DNA of 64,000 bases from Massalongia carnosa (GCA_965645245.1 OZ287073.1:1798001-1862000), one strand, 5' to 3'. Counted from the stretch's first letter, positions 23,501 to 35,681 are shown. Made by a program: numbers and translations. Notes: generated by a model not told the origin, from the sequence alone.

Positions 23501-26141
23501 GGGTACTGATATATGGACACCCCATCCGCTACCTAGACACACCCTCTCCGGCTACCTAGACACACCCCTTCCGGCTATCTAGACACCCTACACAAAAAAT
23601 TCTAGGGGTAGGGCTGGACCCCTCCCTAAACCTCATTAGGAAGCCATCTTCCTCGATCAGGATAAGTGACGTAAATTCTACATTTCTCATCTCAATATTC
23701 AGTTTCCTGATCCTACATTCTGGATCAATCATGCCTCTATTACCTCCTGCCGACAGGCAGTCTTTCGAAACTCTAGAAGACTGTCTATTCTGCCTGAATC
23801 GACATGCCGGCCCTGAGGGATACGCCGTTGTCCTGCATCGTACCAAGAAATCAAAGCTGGGAATTCGTCGAAAAGCGTGGATCATCTGCGATCGAGGTCG
23901 CAAGGCCAGACCGCAAGGCGAAGAACGATGTCACAGTAGCCGTAAACGAATTGAGTGTCCCTTTTCCTGCATCGCTACCTTCGTGAACGACGTCGCCTGG
24001 CATTTGGAAGTAGTCAAACCGGAACATAATCATGAAGCTAGCTTGAGTGGAGCACATCCCGCGCATCGAAGAATCGCCTTGATTGAGCATAAGGAGGAGA
24101 TTTCTCGTCAATTGACTGTACAAACCAAACCGGCCAACGTGCTGTCGAGTCTTCGTATTGGAGCTCCGACTCCGAATTCGGTCAGATGGGATGAGAATGG
24201 CAAACCTGAAGTCGTCAATCCGATGTTTATCAGTCGAGACATCTACAAATTTCGAGCTCAATTGCGACGAAATGCTTTGGGCTCATTGACTCCGATACAG
24301 AGTCTGATTCAGGAATTTAACAAGGGCGACTGGGTATACGAGTTGCAGACAAATAATGAGAATCAGGTGAGTTTGACAAGGAAAGGACAACTGAAGTTGC
24401 AGACTAATGACGAGAACCAATCAGATCCTCAATCTTTTTTTCAGTAAATGCAGTACTCAGACTCTTTTGAAGGCAAATCCGGAAGTTTTAGTGATGGATT
24501 GCACCTACAAAACCAACAGATTCAAAATGCCTTTGTTGATCATCGGCGGACAGACCGCATTGCATACTACGTTCTATGTCGCCTTCTGCTTCATGCATGA
24601 GGAGACAAATGAGTCTTACATCTGGGCCATGACTCGTTTGAAAGTCTTGTACTCGCAGCTAGAACTTCCTTCTCCAACGACGACAGTCACCGACATGGAT
24701 AGAGGTTTGATGTCGGCAATTGAGCTGATTTTTCCATCTACCAGTCATTTATTGCGTATCTGGCACATCAATAAGAATGTCCTAGCTCATTGCAAGAAAT
24801 CATTCAGTACTGAGGCATGGGAAGTCTTTTACGGACGATGGAAATCACTTATTAAGGCTGATTCCGAGCCGAATTTTGAAGAGCTGTGGGGACAGTTTCG
24901 AATCACATACAACCGTACACATGCTAATTTGGTGAAGTATCTTAATGCCACCTACATTTCTTTTCGTCAGAGATTTGTAAAGTGCTGGACTGACCGAGTG
25001 AGGCATTTCGAGACAACGACTACTTTGCGAGGTGAGGGCGGACATGCTGTATTGAAAAGGCAGCTGGGAACCTCCAATGGTGACTTAAAAGCAGTCGTAG
25101 ATGGCGTCGCCTTGCTACTAACCAATGAGCTTCATAATCACCTCATTGCCATAAATTCGGCTAAGGATCGCTATCCTACCGACTTGCGCAAACCGATTTT
25201 CCAACGTTTGGCGAGTCGGGTCACCCCGTTTGCACTTCGAAAAATTCTTGGTCAGTACAATTTGTTGGTTGATCAACCAACGGCGATCAGGGCCTGCACC
25301 GAGGTCTTTACTACTGTCACCTGCCTGCCCTGTAGTCACAGAATTCAGGAATGACTGTACGATGACGGTGTTTTGTTGTTGGAGGATGGCCATCCTCATT
25401 GGAGGTTGGTTTTGATCAAACATTGTTGAATTCAACTAATTCTAAATCTAGATTTGAAAGAGACCTTCCAGCTGATGATAATGATCCCTTGCTGGCGGTG
25501 CAGGATCCCGCTGTCGTGCGACCTCGCGGACGCCCTCGAGGTTCCGAAAACAGAAGACAACAAGTCTTTGAAGCTTCTACCCTGCGAGAACCTTCCTTAT
25601 TCGAACGGATTGAGGCGGAAATAGCTGATCTACAAGGCGGGGAGGTGGCTCCGGACGTGGAAGCTGTCGTACATCGGGCTGATCCAGCTCCAGGGCGGGG
25701 ACGCGGGCGGGAGGTACGAGCACGAGGACAGGGACAGCGACAGCGACAGGAATTGGGACAGGGACAGGAACAGGGACGGGGAAGAGGGCGGAGACGAGGT
25801 AGGGCATCTCGGGCAAGGGGCGCTGCTACAAATCAAGAAGGGGCGATACCGAATGAGGTTTAGTGGCATGAAATCAGAGTCTGATTCATGAAGATGATGC
25901 CAATCGACTCCATTTCATCAAGGCAATTGCTGTCCATGAGAGATGTGCACATACTTTTCAATTCCAATTTTGAACGTGGGCGAAAATTTTCAGTCGCTTA
26001 TCCTAATGAGGTTTAGGGAGGGGTCCAGCCCTACCCCTAGAATTTTTTGTGTGGGGTGTCTAGATAGCCGGAAGGGGTGTGTCTAGGTAGCCGGAGAGGG
26101 TGTGTCTAGGTAGCGGATGGGGTGTCCATATATCAGTACCC
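23501..26141 (+). mobile_element. Mutator-like element (MULE-B)
   Basis: ~140-bp TIRs starting GGGTACTGATATATGGACACCCC; 9-bp TSD TTTTTCTGT / TTTTTCTCT with one mismatch. Confidence 0.95.
23731..25863 (+). pseudogene. MULE-B transposase; introns ~24367-24424 and ~25405-25451; one TGA at 25352-25354
   Basis: FAR1/WRKY-like C..C..HNH finger, MDCTYKTN, TDMD, WHINKN, EGGH, LPCSH motifs. Confidence 0.9.
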
Positions 26142-28703
26142 TTTTTCTCTTGGGTAACCCAACGATAACCCAACCCAACCCAAAACCCATTGGGTTGGGT
26201 TCTCATTTTAATAACCCAATCCAACCCAACCCATTCCGCGGCGTAGCGGGTGTAGCGTAGCCCTGCGAGCCTTGGCGCACTAGGTAGTATATAATAGCCA
26301 TGTAGACAGATCTCAATAGAACACACCTTCATGCAGTCTTCTCTCCTCCCTACCTGATACACCATTTAACTAAAATTTTTATTACTTTAAACGTCATATT
26401 TTCGTCGAATTTTCATATTTAATTTGCAAAAAAAACTCACCGGGTTTAATGATTTAACCTGGAAACCCGCATAAAAAACCCGAACCCGTCAGGTCGGTTT
26501 CGAGAAGGTTCAACCAGACCCGAAAACCCGATTCAAACTCGACGAGTTTAACTCAATTCGTTACGTGTTGAAATAGGTATATATGACTATCGGGCTATGT
26601 AATAATGACAATGTGTATGACCCTGATGTATAAGATGAAGAGTTGTTATGAAGCAGTCTTCTCCTTTTAAGTGGTTACCCTCTACTAAGCGAAGTGATAA
26701 TAGTTTATCCGAGCCTAGGTTGCTTAAGATACCGCTAAAGGTCTTAAGTAACCGATACGGTTAGACTGGAACTGATCTAATCTAATCTGTTGTGCTGGTC
26801 GAAGTTGAACATCCAACACCCCTCCCTCAAGTTCTATCAGTACTTGTCCGTCAGTTGAGGTCTGTAGGTGGTCGAATCTGTTGCGTGATGACTATCGAGC
26901 TCAGTAGCCGAGTCCATATGTAGTTGTCTGATAAAAGAGAAGAACTTGACGTGGGTAAGCGGCTTTGTCAGCCCGTCCGCTACCATGTGTTCAGTTGGGA
27001 CATATGTCAGGTCTATCCGGCCCTCTGTGACTTCATTTCGAATGAAGTGGTGCTGAATATCGATGTGCTTGGTCCTTGAATGTAAGACGGGATTGTTGGC
27101 CAGTGCTATAGCATTCTGATTATCACCCTTCAGTGCTATAGCGCCTTCCCTTTCAAGTACATTCACTGTCGGAGAAGCATCATCCTGCATCAGACCGAGC
27201 TCAGTCATCAATAAGCGTATCCATATGGTCTCCTTAGCAGCCAAGGTGAGTGCCATATATTCTGCTTCTGTGGATGAGAGTGCGACGGTTTGTTGTCTTG
27301 GTCTTCCCTGTCTCCGGCCCAGTCAGAGTCGGAATAGCCCTGTACAGACATATCTCCTCCACCAAAGGTGATACCTCTATCTTTGGTGGCACTGAGGTAT
27401 TGGAGCCTGTGTTTGGCTGCTTCCATATGTGTTTTGCCTGGGTTTTTGGCATGTCGGCTAACCACTGAGGTTGCAAAGGCTATATCTGGCCGTGTCTCTA
27501 TCATGGCAAACATGATGGACCATACTATGGCTTGATATTGCTTAATGTCTGATTATTGAGGCCTGAGATTCATTTCTGAATAGACTGCCTTCTTTCATAA
27601 GGGTTCTGGCTAATAGAACAAGTGGGTCCTCTGCCTGTCTGTCTTCAGATGTATGGACATGGTCTGGTTCAACTAAAAGCTTTGGCGGAGAGCAGAGACA
27701 ATATGTGCTTCACAAGAATATGTTTTCTGGGTCTACCTCGTCCACGTTTAGGAGTTGAAGTGGGAGGTGAAATGACAACTGGTTCTGATAGGATGTTTGT
27801 ATCGGGTGCCATGATGGCATCATACACTCGTTCTTCTCTATGAACGAGAACATATACAGTAGATCCCAAAACTCTCAGATGATTTTAAAAAGTGGCTTTG
27901 ACTCATAAATTTCAAAGAGGCTCTTTCCAGATAAAGCGTTTGTAGGTCTGACGTTCTTGGTATGAACCATAGCTAGAACTACATCTGTCCATAAATAGTC
28001 CGGAATGCCTCCTTCGATGATGGTACACCTGGTCATGTCCATGATGGTCCTGCCTGTTCTTTCGGACACTCCGTTCTGTTCCTGTGAATGTGGTGCGGAG
28101 GGTTCAAACGTTATCCCTTCCTTCAGAAACCAGTCGTCCGATTTCAGACTTCGGAGTTCGGTGCCATAGTCGGTGCGAAAGATGCTCATTGATTTGCTCT
28201 TTCCTGTCTTGTTCTGAGCCAGGCTATAATATGTTGACAGATGATCGAACCACTCGCTCTTCTTGATGCCGGTATACACATGTGTGTATCTGCTGGAGTC
28301 ACAGGTGAAGGTGAAGAAGTAGATTTCCTCGAGAAGTCACGCCGGTTTGATGGGTCCGGCCAGGTCTGAATGAACCTTTTGAAAGATGCCTGTAGCTCTC
28401 TCCTGAGGTGTTCTGTTGTATATCTTTGTAGCCTTTCCGAGTTCACAGGATGGACAGGATCATACTTGGCTCCGTCGACCAACATGCCCTTGATCTGATT
28501 GAAAGCACCGTCATACTCTGCACAGTATTGACCTACGGTTTCAAAATCTCTCATCCTTTTTGCACTGACCCTCAAGATGACATCCGTGATGCTCATTGGT
28601 GCTACGTCCTGGAATCTAGTCTTCAGGGTTGCCCACATCTCGGCAGCAGTTCTGTTGTTGATGAGGTTGAAATGGCATGGCGCAACTAGTCCGTGTATGA
28701 TTC

Positions 28704-28866
28704 CAAAAGTCAGACTGAAACCTGCTTCTGGGTCAAACAAAGTAAGATGAATGATGATGCAGCAAAAGTCAGACTGAAATCTGCCTCTGGGTCAACGTCA
28801 TCATTTGGATGGTGATGCAGCAAAAGTCAGACTGAAATCTGCCTCTGGGTCAACGTCATCATCTGG
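28704..28866. repeat. Tandem repeat, ~58-bp unit x ~3
   Basis: AAAAGTCAGACTGAAATCTGCCTCTGGGTCAA recurs three times. Confidence 0.85.
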
Positions 28867-28963
28867 TTGTCTTAGAACCTTCGGGCAAGAAGCCTGTCAA
28901 GTGTTCAAGGTCTTTGAAGAGTGCCTCTGATGCATGTAATCTGGCAAAAGGTCTTTTGAGTAT

Positions 28964-29123
28964 TTTGCCTATGAGGCACGTAGGCCAGCAGGACTTTGTA
29001 GTTTGCCTATGGGGCACGTAGGCCAGCAGGACTTTGTAGTTTGCCTATGGGGCACGTAGCCCAGCAGGACTTTGTAGTTTGCCTATGGGGCACGTATGCT
29101 AGCAGGACTTTGTAGTTGCCTAT
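28964..29123. repeat. Tandem repeat, 38-bp unit x ~4
   Basis: TTGCCTATGGGGCACGTAGGCCAGCAGGACTTTGTAGT with period 38. Confidence 0.9.
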
Positions 29124-29611
29124 TGTCAGGGGAGGGCTGGAGAGATACAAGACTCTATCTTGCAGAACGGATATCTAGATATGCTAAAACTAGAAATTGA
29201 GAATAATACACAAGACGTCCGATGAAGAGCTCTAAATACCTGGGAAACCACATAGACTTTATAGCCATGGCTTTCAACTCTCCTATTCTCGACTTGCCCC
29301 ATCTCTGTTCCTATACTAATTTCCTTAACATGATTGCTTTGACCTATCCCACCTTTATCTGTGCTGAAGCACTCTCAGTCATAAGCCTGGATAGTGGAGA
29401 CGTGGAAATTGGATACGGATTGTAGGGATTGATAGTGCGCTGAGGGCGGCAAACGAACGCCTGAGCACGATGGGTGAGGTTTCACAGCAATGGGCCCTGT
29501 TAAATACTAACCCGATCAGGACAAGCGGGAGGGTGCGAAACGATTCCGTGACAGCACCACGCATGGTCGAACCGTTACAATTATAATTTATATGATAAAA
29601 AATTTGATTTT

Positions 29612-29883
29612 TGTTATATCCAATTCCTACCAGCACAATAAATACCTATCAGTTCAATGAACGTAGCACCTACGGCTGGCCTAGATTGACAGATCATCTA
29701 CGGAAACCGTAGATGCCGCATTAGGCTAAGTCCCAAGATAAGATAAGATCACCTCGTTTAAAAGGGGGTGACCAGTAATAAGAAAAGATTGCTGCCTAGC
29801 AACTCTTCATCCTTAACATCACGGTCATACATACCTTTATTATTACATAGCCATATAGCCATAGTCATATACCTATATCAACA
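29612..29883 (+). repeat. Solo LTR (same family as 8663-8949)
   Basis: TG...CA ends; shared blocks such as CTCTTCATCCTTAACATCACGGTCATACATACC; TSD not recognisable. Confidence 0.78.
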
Positions 29884-30120
29884 GTTTGATTGAAATTTTG
29901 CGATGTGAATTGATTTGACGATGATTTCTGGTCTTACTTTTACACATCAGGATGGTTTTTCTTGAAGTATTTGAGAAAATCTACATTATTTGAAGAGAAA
30001 AAATTGCAGAAAGCCTAAGTTGATGATTAAATGTTGCAGTTAACATATGAAACTTTGAATATCGTGAGAAATTACTCAGATGTTAACACCGCCCCTGAGT
30101 TCTATGATACTAATGAGAGA

Positions 30121-31505
30121 TCATTCCATCTTCATCGGCTGCACCCCGAGCCCATTCCGATTTCGATAAAAAACGATATCCTTGCCCAACCCTTCAGCGC
30201 CCTGACTTTCTTCGACCCATTGACACCACCTCGCGCTCGTCCACAAACTTTTCAAGAAGCCAATGGCGCCGTCCTTGGTGTCGGAGCGATAATGCGTGCC
30301 CATGACGGTTTTGATGGCTTCCGTGGCTTCCTCTGCATGGTAGAATGGGATTACCGAGACGTAATGGTGTAGGACGTGGGTTTCAATGATGCCGTGGAAC
30401 AAAGAACGCCCAATGAATCCGAATTCACGGTCAATCGTCGCTGCGGCTCCGGCTGTGAAGTTCCAAGTCTTCGGTCCGTAATGCGGAATGGAGGGATCTG
30501 TGTGTTGCAGATAGGTGATTGCAACTCCATGATGTCAGCTCATCATCATCGGCGAGTAACCCTGTTGCCTCTCTACCGACTCTATTTGGGGGGAAGCCGG
30601 AACGTACCTAGCCAATGGTTGACCCATAAGTAAGGAATGCCATACCACACGAGGAGATTGTACCATCCATAAGCCTGAGCGAGTTGATAGAGCACTATCG
30701 CCGTGAGACCTAACCCCACGTCGCTTAACACAATGTATTTGGCGTCTTTCGCTTCGAAGAGAGGGCTGGCAGGGCTAAAGTGATTCACACCTCCACCGGG
30801 TCCATTCCGTTTCCCAACACCACGGCCTTCAATTTGCCGCTCGTGGTAGTTGTGTCCAGTGTTATTTTGTAGTAGATACAAAGGCCACCCAATGAGTTGA
30901 CGAGCGAACAGTACAAGCGCAGTCATCAAAGGAGCCTCCTCGGTCAACTCTGACAGCTCAGCAACCCGTCTGTGGGCTCGGCTTGCGTAAATTTCACGCG
31001 TCTTGGGGAGAAAGACCATGTCTCGTTCCATATGGCCTGTGCTTTTATGATGCTTGCCGTGAGAGATTTTCCAAGAAAAGTACGGCACGAAAAGGGCCGA
31101 GTGTATCACCCAGCCCGTCGCATCATTCAGAGTCTTAGACGTCGAAAAGGACTGGTGGCCGCACTCGTGTGCAATCACCCAAAGACCTGTCGCGAACAGC
31201 CCTTGAACAAAGCCGTAGATTGTCCATAAAACGAAACGAACCATGACAGAGTGGATATTGTCCGGCGTGGCATAGCGATGAAAGAGATAGAAGGTAGATA
31301 TCAATAACAGAACGTCTCTGGCAACGTAGCCAAAACCACGGAGCGCTGATCTCTCAAAGCAGTGAGCGGGGATGACACTTCTGACCTGCTTCATGGTGAA
31401 ATCCGGGACTTGAAAGTCATTCCCATAAGTGTCCACGAGACTGCCATAGGGTGATTTCATGTCGTTTTTCCTCCTGAGCAAGTGGACTTGTTCATCTACA
31501 ACCAT
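30121..31505 (-). CDS. Delta-12 (oleate) / omega-type fatty acid desaturase, FAD2-like; exons 31505-30608 and 30524-30121; start uncertain
   Basis: Three His boxes HECGH, HGKHH, HVLHH; VPDFT..V..IPAHCFERS; splicing restores HWL-VAITYLQHTDP. Confidence 0.93.
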
Positions 31506-32020
31506 CGTAGATCAAATAATTAGGGGTGGATACTCTGTCCGGAGAAGTGGGGAAGCAGCTTCGTCACTTTTGTCAGACTTGAAAGAGCCAACGATGCTCG
31601 GCGACGAAGCGTACGGGTTGTGTATCACAATCGTAATTCTTTGCAGTAGTATGGAAGAAGGTCAAGAGGGAGTTCGAAGATAACAATCGCCTAAATTCCA
31701 TTTCCACAGCTGCCAGGAAAAATGTTGAATGCAATGGGGCTCGGACATTGCGATTGAATTGCCCCAAAAGTTTGAGTTGGGGGTCGGTTCGGATCAGGGT
31801 GATTGGCTGGTGTAGATGTGGTGTGACTGGGATTCCGTTTGCAGCGAGTGCCGTCCATTCATCAACTAATTGGACTGATCATTGGCCAATCATTATAGAC
31901 ATGTGATAATCGCCTTCGTTGTGCTGGCTGGTGATTGCTTTTGTTGGCTTATCACGAGGTTTCAACCGTTAGACAAAAGCTAGAGATCTAAAATTTTCAA
32001 TACAATATAACCACCGTATC

Positions 32021-32092
32021 GGCCTGCTGGGTCAGAAACCTCTACGTGGTGCAGGCTATCAACACCTCCTCGGAGGTGGCCAATATCTGATC
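32021..32092 (+). ncRNA. HDV-like (delta-like) self-cleaving ribozyme
   Basis: P1 GGCCUGC/GCAGGCU with G1-U wobble; P3 ACC/GGU; L3 UCUACGU; P4 CACCUC/GAGGUG; J4/2 GCCAA; P2 GGUCAGA/UCUGAUC; all in HDV order. Confidence 0.85.
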
Positions 32093-32177
32093 ATCGCCAA
32101 CGCGGAAGTCCACCTCGGTGGCCATTTGAACGATCAACGTCTCTACTGATCATTCGTCACCTCGAAGGCACACATAC

Positions 32178-32323
32178 AAAGCCCATTCATTCGGAATGGC
32201 CACACCCCTCAGGCGCAAGCCTTTCACCTCATCGAAAAAGCCCATTCATTCGGAATGGCCACACCCCTCAGGCGGAAGCCTTTCACCACATCGAAAAAGC
32301 CCATTCATTTAGAATGGCCACAC
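32178..32323 (+). repeat. ~59-bp tandem repeat (~2.5 copies) inside the retroposon
   Basis: AAAGCCCATTCATTCGGAATGGCCACAC recurs three times. Confidence 0.9.
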
Positions 32324-33789
32324 TTACACACCTTCATTTATACGACACCACGATCTGCCCTCGATCACGGCCAGTCTTTCCTCCATTGAATCAAAACGTT
32401 TAAAAAGAGAGAACGTTCGTCGAACGTGTGGAAATACACTGTCTAGTTCATCGAGTCTATAGGATTCCTAGCGCTTGAAGATCTAGGTATATGCACCGCG
32501 TGGTAGAAGGACGGTCTCGTTGCGTTCAACATGGAACAAGGGAGTGGTTTTACCCTGGGGGCCAGGTTTCCACTTCCTGACTGTTGTTTATGTACATAAA
32601 TAGCAGTCACAGCGTCATATCCTTAGGATGCATACGCTTAATGAATTAATAAAATAAAAAAATAACCACCGTATCTACTCCTCCTCGAAATACACGATAT
32701 TGCTCACCTTATTCCATGACAGATAACTAATACACTAGTACCAAGACATTTGGAAAGATAGACCCTCAATACCGATGTACGATACCGTATTGACCCTACG
32801 TTTGATTGGTTCGGGAGCTCTGCATCCCCTCGAAGCGGTGTCAGCCTTCGCATTCTTCATGATTCAGGCTGTCTACTCTCTAGTCTCCACGAGAGGACGA
32901 GAAGCATTTGATAATAATCATCTTGTTGGCATAAAGATTTGAACATTATGTTCAAGTGCTGAGGCTGGCCCGCTACTAGCCTGGTGGCTAAGAGTACCGA
33001 CAATTAATGCTGCATCTTTACACAGTCCTATCACTCAGGCTCAAGCCGTGCGGGATTATCATTGGGACTGTTCGCGCCCACGTCGTACATCCAGAAGGCA
33101 AGGCAATCATCATGCGTGGCTAGTATTTTGAGACTAATGGTTTGGATCAGCTCGAGCGACTAAGATGCAGGGTTCGAACGCGGTATTCAGCCTTACTGAA
33201 AACAAAAGGAGAAAATTGCCGATTTGCATAAGTGTAGGGGCCCCAAATTGGTAACGATTGCCCTTGGGCTTCAGGAGCTGAATAGAGAGCTTCGTTTGCT
33301 GAAACGATGAAGGGTTCTCAATCAACTTGGAGGCTTGACATTGCAGACATGGAGAATGAATTGGCGGTTAGAAGAAAATTTGACTGGCTACCGAGCACGA
33401 TGATTTGTCGTCCCGATGCTAATCGGGGTATATAGCACATTCATTTTATATGCTCGACATTCGTCAGAAAGGGTGGTGTGAATAATGATCATGTGCCACC
33501 TATGCCAGCAGCGCGGCGTGTTATCCTAAGCCCAATGGCCGAGGTGAGTGCCCACCACACATCAAGATGATGTTATCTGGCTTTTGCTCTTCTGGGGACT
33601 GGAATGATGCGCGATGGAGCCTTATCTTGTTCCTTCATATTGCGTTTCTTCTAGAGAGGCATGAACATTAAGCTTTATGCTCTTCACAATTAATCAATAG
33701 TCCTAAGTTTTTTCTATGAAGAATTCCTGCTGTCTAGAAAACGGTTTATTGCCTGGTGAAGAACCTAACGCTTTGTGCAGCGGGCCGCA

Positions 33790-35209
33790 ATGTATATCTC
33801 TCGGTAAGTTTTGACTTGGCCTTTTAGAGTCTAAGCCTGACTAGTTGTATAGGCTCGAAGAAGTTACGGGTTATACAACTCCTTCTCTAAACCAAAGTTC
33901 CAATGTTTCCGTTGAATCCTCTAATCATATCTTCATATCAGGCTGGGTGCACCAGCCAAACACGCGAGGAACTATCGACATTCTATGGAGCTGCTTAATT
34001 ACTATCTTCCTATGCACTTGGACAGCGCTGTGTCTCAATATACCAGCTGAATCGGACTCTCAAATCATATTTCTTGCTCGTAAACTTCGATGGATGGTCC
34101 TGGCTATCGTTGTTCCTGAGTTTTTGTTAGGCTTCGCGGCAGGCCAGTTCGAAAGTGCACATAAAGCCGTTAATGCCTTCAAGGACCTTGGTTTTCCGGA
34201 CTGGACAATGCAACAAGCTTTCTTTGCAGAAATGGGTGGTTTTATGTTGCATCCTAAAGATAGCAGACCATTTCCCGTGAACAATCGTCATATTCAATGG
34301 TTGGTGATGAATGGATTCATGGAAATTCCGCCCATAACAACTAGGAAAATCTGGGACCGAAGCAAAGCAGACCACTTAATCAAAAGTATCGTTTGCGTGC
34401 AAATTTGCTGGCTCATGATCACTGTCATTGCACGGGTTATCCAAAAAATCGCCGTCACGACGCTGGAGCTCGCAACCGTCTCAATCGTTTTCTGCACCAT
34501 CGCCACCTTTTTTTGCTGGCTTCATAAACCCACGGACGTCAGAACACCAATTGATCTTCACATTGCGTCTAGCACGGCCGATATCTTGATTGCAGGGGGT
34601 GATGCAGCAAGCAAGCCTTATCGCATGACCCCCCTAGATTTCGTGGACAATCTCGGTCCATCATATTCTCAAAATTGCATGGCCTTCATTGGAGTTCGCA
34701 GTGGGCCTCTTCAACGACCTCTACCACGATTCACCAACGACAGATTTCCACACGTGCGAGGGCTGCGGCAGGTTTTACTCATAACGATAACACTTCTCAG
34801 TGATGGGATTCACATTTTCGGCTGGAATTTCGAGTTCCCCACTCGTACTGAGCGTATTGTCTGGCGCGTCGCCGGCCTACAAATGTTCATTACTGCAGCC
34901 TTTTGGTGGGGTGCCGAACTCTTCGCTGGGCTGCATCGGGATCGAACGTGGGACTTATTGTGGACCGTGCTAATCCACCGGTCTCGTGTCAAAGATTTGA
35001 AAAGAACGAGAGCGGAGAGACCTCCGCGAGCGCAGCAAACTCCTGAAACCTTTCCGCTACCCTGGGAATGTGGTTTTGGTGTATTGATGTGGGTTTTATA
35101 TCTTGCCGCTCGAGTATATGTGCTCGTGGAAATGTTTGCGGGTTTAAGAACACAGCCAATCAGTGCGTATATCTGTGTAGATTGGTCTAATTTCTTCCCT
35201 CACGTCTAG
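33790..35209 (+). CDS. Fungal multi-pass membrane protein of unknown function (exons 33790-33803, 33853-35209)
   Basis: GW..P.TRGT..ILWSCL.TIFLCTW..L.LN.P, DRSKAD...K...C.Q..W and TTLEL.T motifs; 49-nt GTAAGT..CTGAC..TAG intron keeps the frame. Confidence 0.85.
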
Positions 35210-35681
35210 TCTTGTCCGAACAAACCGAGACCAGGAGAGATCAGCTATCGAGCTAAATTATCCAGTGATGCATGAATCATTTCCATCTCATTAATCAAAG
35301 TTTAATTATGGATAGGTGATCGGCCCAAAGCCATCTTTCGAGAGTAATTGCTCCATTGCAGTAAGCAAGATTTGAACCGTTGATGCTCGACGGTCCCTAA
35401 TGCTGCCGGAAAGCGCATGATTTAGTAAAACGCTATTTGCTCTCCAGGGGGAAATACCCTATCGACATGGTTCTAAGTTATGGAGGCAAATTATGTTGAT
35501 ACAAACTGCCCGAGATGCTTAGGGACAGTCCCCCCCCGACCGTCCCCCCCCCCCTGTGTAAATCTTTGCAAGTGAACAGCCGTTTCACTGCTCATCCAGG
35601 GTGCGTACAAGCTAGCAGTTACACTACGTATTAATAATGTTGTTGTTACTGACTAAGTGTATTCAACACCTACAAATCTAC

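Larger units (their letters stand above)
20091..26265 (+). mobile_element. hAT transposon (boundaries approximate), containing MULE-B
   Basis: GGGTT/AACCC subterminal repeat arrays at 20110-20165 and 26150-26235; CAGGG-type terminus (ccctg) at 26261-26265; left TIR not clearly matched. Confidence 0.55.
26566..29200 (-). mobile_element. Ty1/Copia element (Copia-D), heavily deleted, 5' LTR missing (5' boundary approximate)
   Basis: 3' LTR 26566-26818 with PPT GAGGGAGGGG; fragments of gag, integrase (RTDYGTE, QNGVSER), RT (TRPDIA) and RNase H (YSDSDW, HSRTKHID). Confidence 0.9.
32021..32661 (+). mobile_element. Non-autonomous non-LTR retroposon (SINE-like) headed by an HDV-like ribozyme
   Basis: 14-bp TSD ATAACCACCGTATC (32007-32020 / 32662-32675); A-rich 3' tail; structured 3' end; no long ORF. 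Confidence 0.88.

Noticed and set aside
20110..26235. GGGTT/AACCC arrays as telomeric repeats
   Set aside because: Irregular, not (TTAGGG)n, and they flank a hAT transposase as subterminal repeats
28704..29123. Regularly spaced repeats resembling a CRISPR array (also 32178-32323, 60877-61000, 61208-61311)
   Set aside because: Head-to-tail units without unique spacers, located inside eukaryotic TEs, and no cas genes
26566..29883. 29612-29883 as the 5' LTR of Copia-D
   Set aside because: It is in the opposite orientation to the 3' LTR and clearly diverged, so it is treated as an independent solo LTR
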